Shown here piece by piece: positions 43,822 through 53,234 of a DNA stretch of 64,000 bases. Position 1 is the first letter of the stretch. Every line of letters starts with the position of its first letter. The stretch lies in assembly GCA_963772455.1 (NCBI GenBank), contig CAVYXJ010000012.1:176652-240651 (forward strand). Reading direction: 5' to 3'. The translations under genes and the position numbers were made by a program. Source of the DNA: Candidatus Bathyarchaeota archaeon (GTDB lineage Archaea > Thermoproteota > Bathyarchaeia > Bathyarchaeales > Bathycorpusculaceae). The notes below the pieces were generated by a model. The model was given only the letters and a program-made list of their open reading frames with translations. It had not been told where the DNA came from and searched no databases.

Positions 43822-44226
43822 ATGCAAGCCATAATAGACACCAGATTTTTAGTTACACATTTTCTTGCCCCCGATGAAGAAACAAAAAAGTGGACCAAAA
43901 CAACACTTGAAAATCTTCAAAGAGAACCTAACTTGGGAATCATACCCTCCATAGTAATTCATGAGTTCTACAAGTTTGAAATGCAAACCCTTGGAGTAGA
44001 CATTGCTAACATTAGAATCAACATTGTATTAAAATCAAAATTAGCTGTTTCTAACTTGGATCCAGATATTGCCATTGAAGCTGCAAAATTAAGATGCAGA
44101 TATGCAGACTTACCCACAGCAGACGCCATAATTGCGGCTACCGCCATCAAATCATCATCTAATTTTGTTCTAACAGACGACAAACACATTAAACAAATCA
44201 AAGAAACCAAAACCAAGTGGATATGA
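43822..44226 (+). CDS. vapC: PIN-domain toxin
   Basis: IIDTRFL, IHEF, TADAIIAATA, TDDKH. Confidence 0.9.
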   Translation: MQAIIDTRFLVTHFLAPDEETKKWTKTTLENLQREPNLGIIPSIVIHEFYKFEMQTLGVDIANIRINIVLKSKLAVSNLDPDIAIEAAKLRCRYADLPTADAIIAATAIKSSSNFVLTDDKHIKQIKETKTKWI

Positions 44227-44622
44227 ATGGTAAGCAAAAAACTAAGTAGATGACCTAGCTGAAAAACTAGAAGCTCAAGCTCTTAAACAGAATTTAGATG
44301 TTGAAAAAATCATCGATGAGACCGCAGAAGGAGAACTTTGATTTTTTTTTGAAGCTATAATTATCCTGGGGATTATGTTGGAGAAAAAAGGTTAATCTAC
44401 CGCTATTATTGTTTTATTCACTGGGTTTCTTGATAAAATGTAATTAAATCTGTGTCATACCCTGTTGTTGGATAGCTCTTTTTTGGAGGTTCTCATATTC
44501 GAGCTGTCGGACTAAATTAAGCATTCTTTTTCTGTAACTATTTTTCAACGTTACCTTTGCCGAATCCTGAACCGTTTCAACCATCGACATCATTGTAAAA
44601 AAAGGCAAGAAACGGCGGAAAC

Positions 44623-44663
44623 TTTAGGTGCTCGCAATATCGTTATGAGAATTATTGCGGCAC
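44623..44663 (+). repeat. hairpin site H2 (divergent, with compensatory stem changes)
   Basis: TTTAGGTGCTCGC-AATATCGTTAT-GAGAA-TTATTGC-GGCAC. Confidence 0.75.
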
Positions 44664-44732
44664 AGCTCTAAAAAAAATTTTTTAAGGAAAGAAAAAAAAG
44701 AATATTTCCCAAAATATTTGAGTTTTTTTAGG

Positions 44733-45029
44733 TTATTGTGTTGGCTTTGGTGGTTCGTCTTTGTTTTGTTCGGTTGTTATTTCTTCGATTGGTTTTGGAG
44801 GAGGCGTTGTTGCCATTGTATAACCTATCCATGCGCCTATGAACAAGATAGCTACGAAGGCTATGAATACTGGTGTAGCAATGAGCCAGAATCCAACATC
44901 AACGCTTGAGCCAATGTTTAGCCAAGGTTGAATTAACTGCGGATAACCAAATAGTGCAACTAGGTAAACTACGGCGACGACTACGCAGACTGTTAGTATT
45001 GCTCCGCCTATTGCTTGATCTTTACTCAT
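44733..45029 (-). CDS. conserved-type archaeal two-TM protein
   Basis: MSKDQAIGG…AWIGYTMATTPPPKPIEEI; GGTG ribosome-binding site upstream. Confidence 0.8.
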   Translation of the reverse strand: MSKDQAIGGAILTVCVVVAVVYLVALFGYPQLIQPWLNIGSSVDVGFWLIATPVFIAFVAILFIGAWIGYTMATTPPPKPIEEITTEQNKDEPPKPTQ

Positions 45030-45303
45030 ACTTTTTCACCACCTAAAGCTATAGAATTAATTGTTATCGAATCATTACTAGCATATTAACTCTATTCTTT
45101 TTTCAATAGTATGTCGTTTTGGTTTGAGATTTTTTTTCTTTGTTCATCAGAGGTGGCCTCTATTTAATTTTTATTAATTTGGCGGTTTTTGGCTTTTGTT
45201 TTTTGGTTGTGTATTTCTGTTCTTCTTGTGGATGGATTTGACTATCATTACTCAATGTTTATTAATACTTACGACACATGATATAAAATTAGGGAATAAC
45301 ATA

Positions 45304-45753
45304 ATGAAAATCACAAAACCACCAAGCATAGCAATAATCGCCCTAGTAATAACTGCTCTCGCCCTAACCCTAACAACAGCAGCAGTCCTAAGCAATAATC
45401 AAACCGTTCCATTAAACGGAACAATAAACGCCGTAAACCTTGGCGTATACACCGACAGCGCATGCACCATACCCGCCACAGCCCTAAACGTTGGAACCCT
45501 CAACCCAAGCAGCACAGCAACCCAAACAGTCTATATCAAAAACACAGGCAACATAGCAGAAACACTAACCATGACAACAGGCAATTGGAACCCATCCAAC
45601 GCCAACACATACCTAACTCTAACCTGGAACCGACAAAACACAGTCCTAAACGCAGGAGCATCAATCCAAGCAACCCTAACCCTAACAGCAGCAGCAAACA
45701 CCGGAAGCCTCACAACGTTTGGCTGCGATGTAACACTAACAGGCACGCAATAG
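45304..45753 (+). CDS. small secreted Thr/Asn-rich beta-sandwich protein
   Basis: Hydrophobic N-terminal helix, VYIKNTGN motif, two Cys. Confidence 0.7.
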   Translation: MKITKPPSIAIIALVITALALTLTTAAVLSNNQTVPLNGTINAVNLGVYTDSACTIPATALNVGTLNPSSTATQTVYIKNTGNIAETLTMTTGNWNPSNANTYLTLTWNRQNTVLNAGASIQATLTLTAAANTGSLTTFGCDVTLTGTQ

Positions 45754-45876
45754 ACTTATTTTCATTTTGCAAAACTCAAAAAATTAGTTTCCGCTTGAGT
45801 AGCTGTGGGAGGGTGTTTTTTTATGTTGTTTGGGGAATTTGTTGTCGCGCGCTAAGTTTATATTTTACCCAATTAT

Positions 45877-46140
45877 TTGGGTAATATGGTGGTTTGGATG
45901 GTTGAAACTACTTACTATGAAGATAAAGTGTATCTTCCAAGGCAGGTTCGAGAAAAGCTTGGGTTAGTTGATGGAGACGTTTTGCACATTGAAGTCCTCG
46001 AAAGAGGAGTTGCCAAAATGAGCGTAATACGCCGATGCGGTGCCTCTAAACGCGCCCTTGAAAAGTTAGATAACCCACCCGATCTGGGAACCCTTAAAGG
46101 AAAACTTTCAAGAGAAGAAATCTATGAAGACATTACTTGA
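45877..46140 (+). CDS. AbrB/MazE/SpoVT antitoxin (start probably 45898)
   Basis: KVYLPRQVREKLGLVDGD. Confidence 0.85.
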   Translation: MGNMVVWMVETTYYEDKVYLPRQVREKLGLVDGDVLHIEVLERGVAKMSVIRRCGASKRALEKLDNPPDLGTLKGKLSREEIYEDIT

Positions 46141-46561
46141 CACAAACATACTGGTTCATGCCTACAACAAGTCTTCGCCAAACCAAGAAAAAGCTAGCAA
46201 AATCCTCAAACAAGCCATGCAGGGCCAAATCCAGGCATTCCTATGTCCTCAAGTGCTCTACGAATTTTTCGCCGTCGTCACCAGCGCCAAAAGAGTTGAA
46301 CACCCACTTTCATCAGCTGAAGCTGCAAATCTTTGCATCGACCTGTGGGAATGCAACGAGATTAAGAAATACAATCCATCAGAAATAACACCTATCGAAG
46401 TTTTCAAGTTTGTAGAAGAACTTAATTTGTCTAAGGCACAGATTTTCGATTGCGTCTTGGCTGTAACCGCCAAAGAGAACAACATAGACAGCATATATAC
46501 TGAGAACACTGCAGATTTCAAACCTTACAAATTCATAAAAGTAGTAAATCCATTCGTATAA
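46124..46561 (+). CDS. vapC: PIN-domain toxin
   Basis: LLDTNILV.A, QVLYEF, IFD, YTENTADF. Confidence 0.9.
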   Translation: MKTLLDTNILVHAYNKSSPNQEKASKILKQAMQGQIQAFLCPQVLYEFFAVVTSAKRVEHPLSSAEAANLCIDLWECNEIKKYNPSEITPIEVFKFVEELNLSKAQIFDCVLAVTAKENNIDSIYTENTADFKPYKFIKVVNPFV

Positions 46562-46600
46562 CAACTAATTTTTCCATTAAAGTTTCTTTTTTGAAGTGCG

Positions 46601-46850
46601 TTGTCTGTTAGAAGAAGAACAGGTGTTTTTGCACTTTGCAATCAGGTTTGGATTAGCTTGGTTTTGTTAAACGGGCTTTGGAGGGCGTTTTGGTTGCGTC
46701 TGCAAACGTCACCTTCCGCCTCGTTTCGGCTACCCGAGGCAAGAAGCAATTGGATGTTCCCAGATACTGCCAAAAAAAGTAAGCGCAGACAAGTTTAGGT
46801 GCTCGCCTACCCCCAGAATAGTGGAGAATGATGACGGCACAATTACTTTC
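46601..46850 (+). repeat. leader repeat A plus hairpin H3 (46794-46840)
   Basis: Core TTGGTTGCGTCTGCAAACGTCA; aligns with copies B-F. Confidence 0.9.
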
Positions 46851-46964
46851 GAATTACTTACCTTTTTTGAGAAATTGCGAACTCTCCGACTGCTTTTTGA
46901 ATATACAAAAACTACAAAAAGATCATCAGCAAAACATATGCTCCCGAGTCAAGAAAGAATGAAA

Positions 46965-47442
46965 ATGCCTAAACGAGTTTATTTAGATACAAACGTTTAC
47001 TGCAGACCCCTAGACGACCGAAGGGAAAGTCGCATTAGCACGCGAAAACGAAGCCTTCTTAAAAATCGCAGAAGGCGCTGAAAGAGGAACAATAGAGATA
47101 GTAAGCTCTGACTATGTAAAGTTAGAAATCGAACAAATCAAGGACCCCTTAAAAAAGAAAAACATAAGGGGATTCGAGAGAGTCCTATGCAAAACCAACG
47201 TAGCCAGCAGTAAACGATTAATCGCCATAGCCAAAGAAATCAATGTGAAATGCGCACTCAATTCTTTAGACGCCTTGCACTTGGCAGCAGCGTGTATAGG
47301 CAAAGCGAATTTCCTGCTAACCTGCGATGACGAAATTTTAGACAACGCTGCCTGTATTGAAACAATCGCGGCAAACAAAGGGTATAAGTTAAAAGTTAGG
47401 GACCCAATAAATTACATACAGGAAAACTGGAGAGTGAAATAA
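46965..47442 (+). CDS. PIN-domain toxin, one frameshift near 47040
   Basis: VYLDTNVYCRPLDD … LDALHLAAA…FLLTCDD. Confidence 0.8.
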
Positions 47443-47445
47443 AAA

Positions 47446-47652
47446 ATGGCGACCTCGCATATAGCTACAGTCGAAGTGCCCTTTGAAGCCTTAGTAAAAG
47501 AACTTGGAACAAAAAGAGCCGTAGAATTCGTAAGCGAAATCAAAGATTGCTATGGCGACTCCGTTGTTGAACTAAGAAAAGCCACTGAAACTCTCACAAT
47601 AGAACAAATTGAAGCAGAAGTCAAGAATCTGAAAAAACAAAGAAAAATCTGA
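47446..47652 (+). CDS. probable antitoxin downstream of the PIN toxin
   Basis: EALVKELG…AVEF…GD; 68 aa, starts 3 bp after the toxin stop. Confidence 0.65.
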   Translation: MATSHIATVEVPFEALVKELGTKRAVEFVSEIKDCYGDSVVELRKATETLTIEQIEAEVKNLKKQRKI

Positions 47653-47746
47653 AAAACATACATAGCTATGTTCTAATAAATAATTTGCCGTTTTTGTCTT
47701 CGAAAACTATAGATTCAATAAGAAACTCGCTATCCAACACTTGCTG

Positions 47747-48100
47747 TAGACAGCATATTTACTTAGAACAATGCTGATTTCAAAAAACCTTACAAATTCA
47801 TAAAAGCAATAAATCCATTCGTATAACAACTAATTTTTCCTTTCAAGTTTCTGTTTTGGAGTGTATTGTCTATTGGAAGAAGAACATGTGTTTTTGCATT
47901 TTGCAAAAAGGTTGGGTTTAGCTTGGTTTTGTTGAACAGGCTTAGGAGATCTCTTTGGTTGCGTCTGCAAATGTCACTGTTCGTCTGCCAAAGGCAAGAA
48001 AAGAGGGATGTTTTAGTTGCTGCCAAATCAGATAGGCGTAGTCAGGTTTAGGTGCTCGCCAAACCCAGATTATGGAGAATGATGACGGGACAACTAATTT
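47747..48100 (+). repeat. direct repeat of 46485-46850: vapC 3' remnant, leader B and hairpin H4 (48047-48091)
   Basis: Colinear alignment by eye; the vapC remnant has a GAG>TAG change. Confidence 0.9.
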
Positions 48101-48164
48101 CTAATGAGTCATCATTTTGTGAAAAAATTGTGGATCAAGAAAAATTTGCCTTGTGGTTGAACAT

Positions 48165-48539
48165 TTAAACTATCTTTATGTTTACGTCATCTATGTAAGC
48201 GAATTTTTGGTCACGTGTAAACAAGGTTTCATCGTTGGCAAGTGAAATTCCTGCGATAAGCAAATCGTTTTCGTTGATCATCTTTCCAGTTTTGCTAAGC
48301 TTTTCAAAAAGTAAAGCCGCCTTTCTGGCGGAGGCTCTGTCGAAAGGACAAACTATTATCGCCGACAAAAATTTTTCTGCGACCTGCCTTTTTAGTTCAG
48401 TCTTATGCTTGAGTAATTCATACTCTGTTATAGTTGTTGTTTTGATTTCTTGTTTCTCAGCTAGTTCCTTTATTATGGAAACAATCTTTTCATCGCCCGC
48501 TAAAAAGTCTATTATAACACTTGTATCGATGAAAGTCAT
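48165..48539 (-). CDS. vapC: PIN-domain toxin
   Basis: FIDTSVIIDFL, EYELL, ENDLLIAG, TRD. Confidence 0.9.
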   Translation of the reverse strand: MTFIDTSVIIDFLAGDEKIVSIIKELAEKQEIKTTTITEYELLKHKTELKRQVAEKFLSAIIVCPFDRASARKAALLFEKLSKTGKMINENDLLIAGISLANDETLFTRDQKFAYIDDVNIKIV

Positions 48540-48543
48540 ATAC

Positions 48544-48768
48544 TCACGTCAATGCTCTTCCGTTATTAGCCTCTCTTTCGGCTGTTATTTTAGATTTCAA
48601 TAGCTCAAGCTTCTGCTTGTCGCCTTTCATGACTCCTGCAAAGCTCATGATATCCACTTGTTCCTTTGAGCATAGATTCTCCTTTATTACCTGTGAAAAG
48701 CTCTTTTTACCTTTTCTTTTTGATAGAAGCTCATAAACTTCATTTGAGACTGAAATCTGTCTTGACAT
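48544..48768 (-). CDS. vapB: archaeal VapB-type antitoxin
   Basis: MSRQISVSNEVYELL..RKG.KSFSQVI. Confidence 0.85.
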   Translation of the reverse strand: MSRQISVSNEVYELLSKRKGKKSFSQVIKENLCSKEQVDIMSFAGVMKGDKQKLELLKSKITAEREANNGRALT

Positions 48769-48852
48769 CCTAAACCGTCCTACATACATAATGTATACAT
48801 GCCATTTATTTAAATTGCTTTGATGGAAAGGGTAAACAATCGCCCCATGCTC

Positions 48853-49051
48853 CTTTGCACTGTGCAGCGTCAGGTTTATTCTGGGTTGGTTTTGTTGAAC
48901 AAGCTTCGGAGATCATTTTGGTTGCGTCTGCAAATGTCATGTTTCGTCTACCAAAGGAAAAAAAGGAGAGATGGGTGCCTGCTAAATCAGATAAGCATAG
49001 TTATGTTTAGGTGCTCGCCAACCCCAGAATAATGGAGAATGATGACGGCAC
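48853..49051 (+). repeat. leader repeat C plus hairpin H5 (49006-49051)
   Basis: TTGGTTGCGTCTGCAAATGTCA … TTTAGGTGCTCGC…GAGAATGATGACGGCAC. Confidence 0.9.
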
Positions 49052-49111
49052 ATTTTCTTTAAGATAGAAAAATGAGTTAATTTACTAAGAATCGTTGGTT
49101 TTGAGCGTATG

Positions 49112-49244
49112 TCACTGGTTGTAGTGGGTCATCTTTGGTTGTTTGGTTGTGATTTCTTTGATTGGTTTTGGCGGTGGCGTTGTTGCCATTGTCCAGCCAA
49201 CCACGCGCCTATCAACAAAATAGCTACGAAAGCCACGAATACTG
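49112..49244 (-). pseudogene. 3' fragment of a diverged copy of gene 44733..45029
   Basis: VFVAFVAILLIGAW/GWTMATTPPPKPIKEITT. Confidence 0.85.
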
Positions 49245-49330
49245 ACTTGTAAAGAGTGTTGAGGTAATATTACCCCATTTGGCAGATAGGTTCTTATGCG
49301 CAGTCGAAGATAGGTGTTATTGGCGATTTC

Positions 49331-49564
49331 ATGGTAACTCGTAAGTTCACAGTTCTTCTTGAACCTGCCGAGGAAGGCGGTTTTGTCGTTAAATGTTTAG
49401 AGCTTCCAGTTGCCTCTCAGGGTGAAACAAAGCAAGAAGCCCTTAAAAACGTAAAGGAAGCTATAGAAGGCTATCTAGAAGTTAAAACTAAGCTTTTAGG
49501 TCGGAAAGTTAAGGGTGAAAAGGCTGAAGTAATTGTCGAAGCTCCCTCTGCTCTCTTGGCGTGA
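49331..49564 (+). CDS. hicB: HicB-family antitoxin
   Basis: EEGGFVVKC.ELP..SQGET..EAL.N..EAI. Confidence 0.9.
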   Translation: MVTRKFTVLLEPAEEGGFVVKCLELPVASQGETKQEALKNVKEAIEGYLEVKTKLLGRKVKGEKAEVIVEAPSALLA

Positions 49565-49752
49565 AGTTGTTAAAGCCCTTGCAAGGAGCTGGTTTTCGAG
49601 TGGCTCGGCAAAAAGGAAGTCACATAATTCTTTTAAAAGATGACATAGCTGTGCCTGTTCCAAAACATGACGAAATAAAAAGAGGATTACTTATTGAAAT
49701 TATTTCAGAAGCTGGTTTGACGAAAGAGGAATTTTTGGAGCTAACAAAATAA
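49533..49752 (+). CDS. hicA: HicA-family toxin, one frameshift near 49586
   Basis: MSKLPLLSWREVVKAL/GFRVARQKGSHIIL…VPKHDEIKRG. Confidence 0.85.
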
Positions 49753-50013
49753 AAAGGGAGAATAGCAGTTAACTGCTATCTTAACTGCTACTTATAGTCG
49801 CTTAAAATTAGGGAAGCTATTGTGTTTCTTGAAGACCTCAAAGCCTACAAAGTATGCTCTTAAAGCTGCTTATTCACCCAACGCATCTAATACTGCCACG
49901 ATAAAGCAATCAGCCACTTCGTTGAGATTGGAAAAAAATGCCCGAAAAGAAGACTTTAGGCTAATTGAGGGTGTGCAGATGCATGATGTTTAACTGCTCA
50001 ATTTGGAGTTATC

Positions 50014-50245
50014 TTGAAGAAGTAGAAGTTTTGTTGCAGCATTTTTTTGATTCAGCTTGTTTTAAGTTGCTTTTGTTGAATAGGCTTTTGAGGGCGTTTT
50101 AGTTGCGTTTGCAAACGTCCTGTTCCGTCTACCGAAGGCTAAAAACGGAGGGATGTTCTAGTAGCCGTTAAATATTATGAGCGTAGTCAAGTTTAGGTGC
50201 TCGCCAACCCCAGACCAGTGGAGAATGATGAGGTACAACTACTTT
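50014..50245 (+). repeat. leader repeat D plus hairpin H6 (50192-50236)
   Basis: TAGTTGCGTTTGCAAACGTC … TTTAGGTGCTCGC…GAGAATGATGAGGTAC. Confidence 0.88.
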
Positions 50246-50543
50246 TAAATTATTATTTTTCTTTTATTTGGAACCTCAGCATCAAAACTAAATTTAGGGG
50301 GATGATTGAATGCTTGATGTGAACGTTCATTTGTTTTTCTCCCGACAAAATTTAACGATAGACTACTCTGAATTCATAGTTGAATTAACAGAGCTGCCCA
50401 AACCGTAGCTTTCATAAAGCTTAGCTAAACGTTCCTGCTCGGATACCAAGGATTCAACCATCTTTTGTGCGTGTTCACAGTGTTAGTGGAAATGCTTGTA
50501 TTCCCTGTTAATTCTCTTGTCGAAATTAAACCGCTATTTGGTT

Positions 50544-51288
50544 TTAAAAAGTTGTTTCTAAAAACATGCGTTTTAAAATTTCTGCGGCGTGTCTAACTTT
50601 TAGTTTCTTTTCGCCAAGTCTTTCTCGGTATTCTATATCCAATTCAACAATGTCAAAGCCGCGTTTTTCTACATGATGGTTTAACTCTACTTCGATGTCA
50701 AAGCCTTTTGATTTTACTTTCCAGTTTCTAAGGATCTCAGCGCGGATTACTCTAAGTCCAGTTAAAGGATCTTTTAGTTGGAATATTAGCCATCATGTTA
50801 TATGTGAAAGCTATGAGTCGCTTGCCGATGTGGAATACGCGATGGAGGGCTTCTGGTTTTTTGTCGCCGGTAAGTCGGTTACCGCAAACCATGCCGACAT
50901 GGGGGTTCTCTTCTAGGAGTCTAATCATCTCTGGAACGCGTTGAGCTGGATAGGTGTAGTCTGCATCTGTGATAACAACATACTCTGTCTGTGGGTCTAA
51001 ATGTTCAAGGGCTTTTGCGAGTGCATCTCCTTTACCCTTGCCATCTTGGCAAACAACGGTTGCTCCCAGGTTCTGGGCCATCTCACGTGTTCTGTCTGTG
51101 CTCTTGCCATCCACAACAAGAACCTGAGCGTTGTCGACTGCATCCATCATTTCTGTAATGGTTAGACCTATGCCTTCTTGCTCGTTTAACGCTGCGATAA
51201 TAATTTGAGTAATCAAATTTTGGTGTTGCCTTATCTCTGTTTGTCGTTCTTCTTTGTTTGATTGGTTGAGCAACATTTGTTTAATCAC
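50544..51288 (-). CDS. GT2 glycosyltransferase (Dol-P-sugar-synthase-like), one frameshift
   Basis: ALNE..GI, VDGKSTDRT, GKGDA, DADYTYP; shifted tail GFDIEVE…RLGEKKL. Confidence 0.85.
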
Positions 51289-51371
51289 ACAAATAGATAT
51301 GTTAACTTAAGATTTAAGACGCTATGAAAAAAATCGCAGTATATCGAAAACCAAACTATTCCTGTACCAAC

Positions 51372-51487
51372 TCAGGCGTCTATGGAAAATGCGAGTAGGA
51401 AAGTACAGAATTATCTATGAAATTGATGAGCAAGAGAAAAGAGTTATTTTCCATGACGTTGAACTCAGGAAAAAAGTGTATGAATAA
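51372..51487 (+). pseudogene. RelE-family toxin 3' remnant
   Basis: LWKMRVGKYRIIYEIDEQEKRVIFHDVELRKKVYE*. Confidence 0.75.
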
Positions 51488-51564
51488 ATACACACCGCAA
51501 ATAAAATGAAAAAAAGTATTTTATCAAAGTTATTAGCCTTAGGTATCTATAGGATTTAGAGGGA

Positions 51565-51825
51565 ATGATATTGACGGTCGAAGTGAATTTAGAAAAGGTC
51601 TATGCTGAAATGAAGCGTGTGCGTTTGGAACTAAAGTTTATTGAACACACACTTAGTGATCTTGCAGATTCGATGCTTCCCTTAGAAAAAATGAGTTCAA
51701 AAGAGAAAAAGGAACTCCAAGGGATTGATAGGGAAATGGCACGAGGTGAATGCGTTTCACTGGAAGAGGTTAAGAGTAAGTACGGGGCTAAAACAAGTGC
51801 CAAAATACCGCGTAATGCTATCTAA
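51565..51825 (+). CDS. probable RelB-like antitoxin
   Basis: EM.RGECVSLEEV pattern; overlaps a RelE 5' stub. Confidence 0.65.
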   Translation: MILTVEVNLEKVYAEMKRVRLELKFIEHTLSDLADSMLPLEKMSSKEKKELQGIDREMARGECVSLEEVKSKYGAKTSAKIPRNAI

Positions 51826-51910
51826 TAAAGCGTTAAATTTTTAATCAGTTTAGATGAGAAAACTTGAAGTGTTAAAAGAAGAAGATTGAAAAATTTCCCA
51901 ATGATCTGCC
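51797..51910 (+). pseudogene. RelE-family toxin 5' remnant
   Basis: MPKYRVMLSNKALNFLISLDEKT*; ends against the convergent vapC. Confidence 0.6.
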
Positions 51911-52318
51911 TTAGTCTATCCAGATGGTTTCCGGTAGATTCTTGAAGTGCTCATCTCCTGTTAGGATTTGGCACTGATTTATTCTGCCGGTGGCTTGTAC
52001 GATTGCATCAAATAAGCTTGGAGTATTTTGCTTTTGGGCTTTCGCTTTTTTGACGAGTTCAAGATAACACTTTGCAGCTTCTAATGCTGTCGCCGAATCA
52101 ACATGAGTTATTACTGAAGCTGATGTGATAATTTCAAGCCACATAGAGATGGTTTTTTCATCAGTGCCCTCCCTGAGAAATTTTCGTGCAGTTTCAGCCA
52201 AAACAATGCTCGGAGTGTATGCTTCTTGGGCGTTTTCAATTAAGTCTTTTACTTTTTTGCCTTTTTCGCTGCCTATTAGCAGTTCAATCCATGCATAAGT
52301 ATCAATTACGATCTTCAC
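51911..52318 (-). CDS. vapC: PIN-domain toxin
   Basis: VIDTYAWIE, LAET, SLFDAIV, TGDEHF. Confidence 0.9.
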   Translation of the reverse strand: MKIVIDTYAWIELLIGSEKGKKVKDLIENAQEAYTPSIVLAETARKFLREGTDEKTISMWLEIITSASVITHVDSATALEAAKCYLELVKKAKAQKQNTPSLFDAIVQATGRINQCQILTGDEHFKNLPETIWID

Positions 52319-52510
52319 CGCGATCTTCCTCAGTGAATGGTTTTATTTGGTTTTTGGCTATGCCAAAGCCTTTGTCTAGGGCTGTTTTGCGTTGTTTTTT
52401 GACTAGTATTTGGATTGTTTCGTCTAGATTTTGTGCGTTTAGTTTTTCACGTAGGTTTTCAAGTGTTTGGGCAGTTTTTTTTGAAACCCGAATGGTGGTT
52501 GTGTCGTTCA
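52302..52510 (-). CDS. vapB: VapB-type antitoxin
   Basis: TTIRVSKKT…L..L; overlaps the vapC start. Confidence 0.8.
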
Positions 52511-53234
52511 TAAATATCTGCAATTTGTTTCTTGCATACAAGTAGATATGTATATCTGTTTTGTAAGTAGTCTACCCATTAAATAAATCCGAATTTGCAA
52601 AATAGTACGCCTTTGTTTATTTTACCACCTGGACAAGGTTTAGGATAAATCTTGTTTTATTAACAAGCAGCGCTATTGGCCAATCCTTATTGAGAACTCA
52701 ATTGAAAAAAGAAAATTGTTTTCTCAATTGTCTGCTCTTACTTCTAAAGATTAGTTTGGCGTTGTTTTGTGAGATTCTATGACTTTTCTCCCGCACGTGA
52801 CTACAAAGTCAAGCTCTACACTAGCGAAAACGACTTAAGAGAGCTAAATTCCGTTTGCTCTATCTAGCTAAACTGACTTTGAAATAAAGAGCTCATCGCA
52901 GCTCTTTCCCCGCCAAAAAAATAACCTGCTTAGACAAACACACTGCAATAAAAATGAGCGCAAACTGAGAATTTGACTTGAATTAGCAGGTTACATATGC
53001 TCAAATGGGTGATGTGTGTTTTTGACTCAGGAAAAGCGCAGTTTTTGAGAGGTAGTTAATAAAGTATTTTGTTGTTTTAAAGTTGTTTGTTTTTCATTGT
53101 TTTATTTAAACAGTTGTTTTCTAGCTACGTGATTCTAGCTATTAAATTCACGCAAAATAAGTTATAAGGATAGATAACAGTCTGGCAATCTATGGAGCTT
53201 TATCGTTTAGCGAAAATGGGTTGGATGCTTTGGG

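Noticed and set aside
46794-46860. Hairpin motif as a coding fragment (FRCSPTP…ENDDGT)
   Set aside because: Spacing between the blocks is usually not a multiple of three, and the 13-mer shows no synonymous variation. Some wobble-like changes in the right arm and the assembly's indel errors mean this is not fully excluded.
46601-49032. Plus-strand ORFs 46601..46798, 47866..48051 and 48820..49032 as genes
   Set aside because: Differences among copies fall mostly at first codon positions in that frame, so they look like shadows of the repeat.
49006-49051. Fluoride (crcB) riboswitch, C/D-box RNA or SECIS
   Set aside because: GGTGCTCGCC…TGATGAC resembles crcB, but the 5' GGCGATG strand is missing. 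The ATGATGA C-box is absent in H1, H2 and H7. The GAA is on the wrong arm for an archaeal SECIS.
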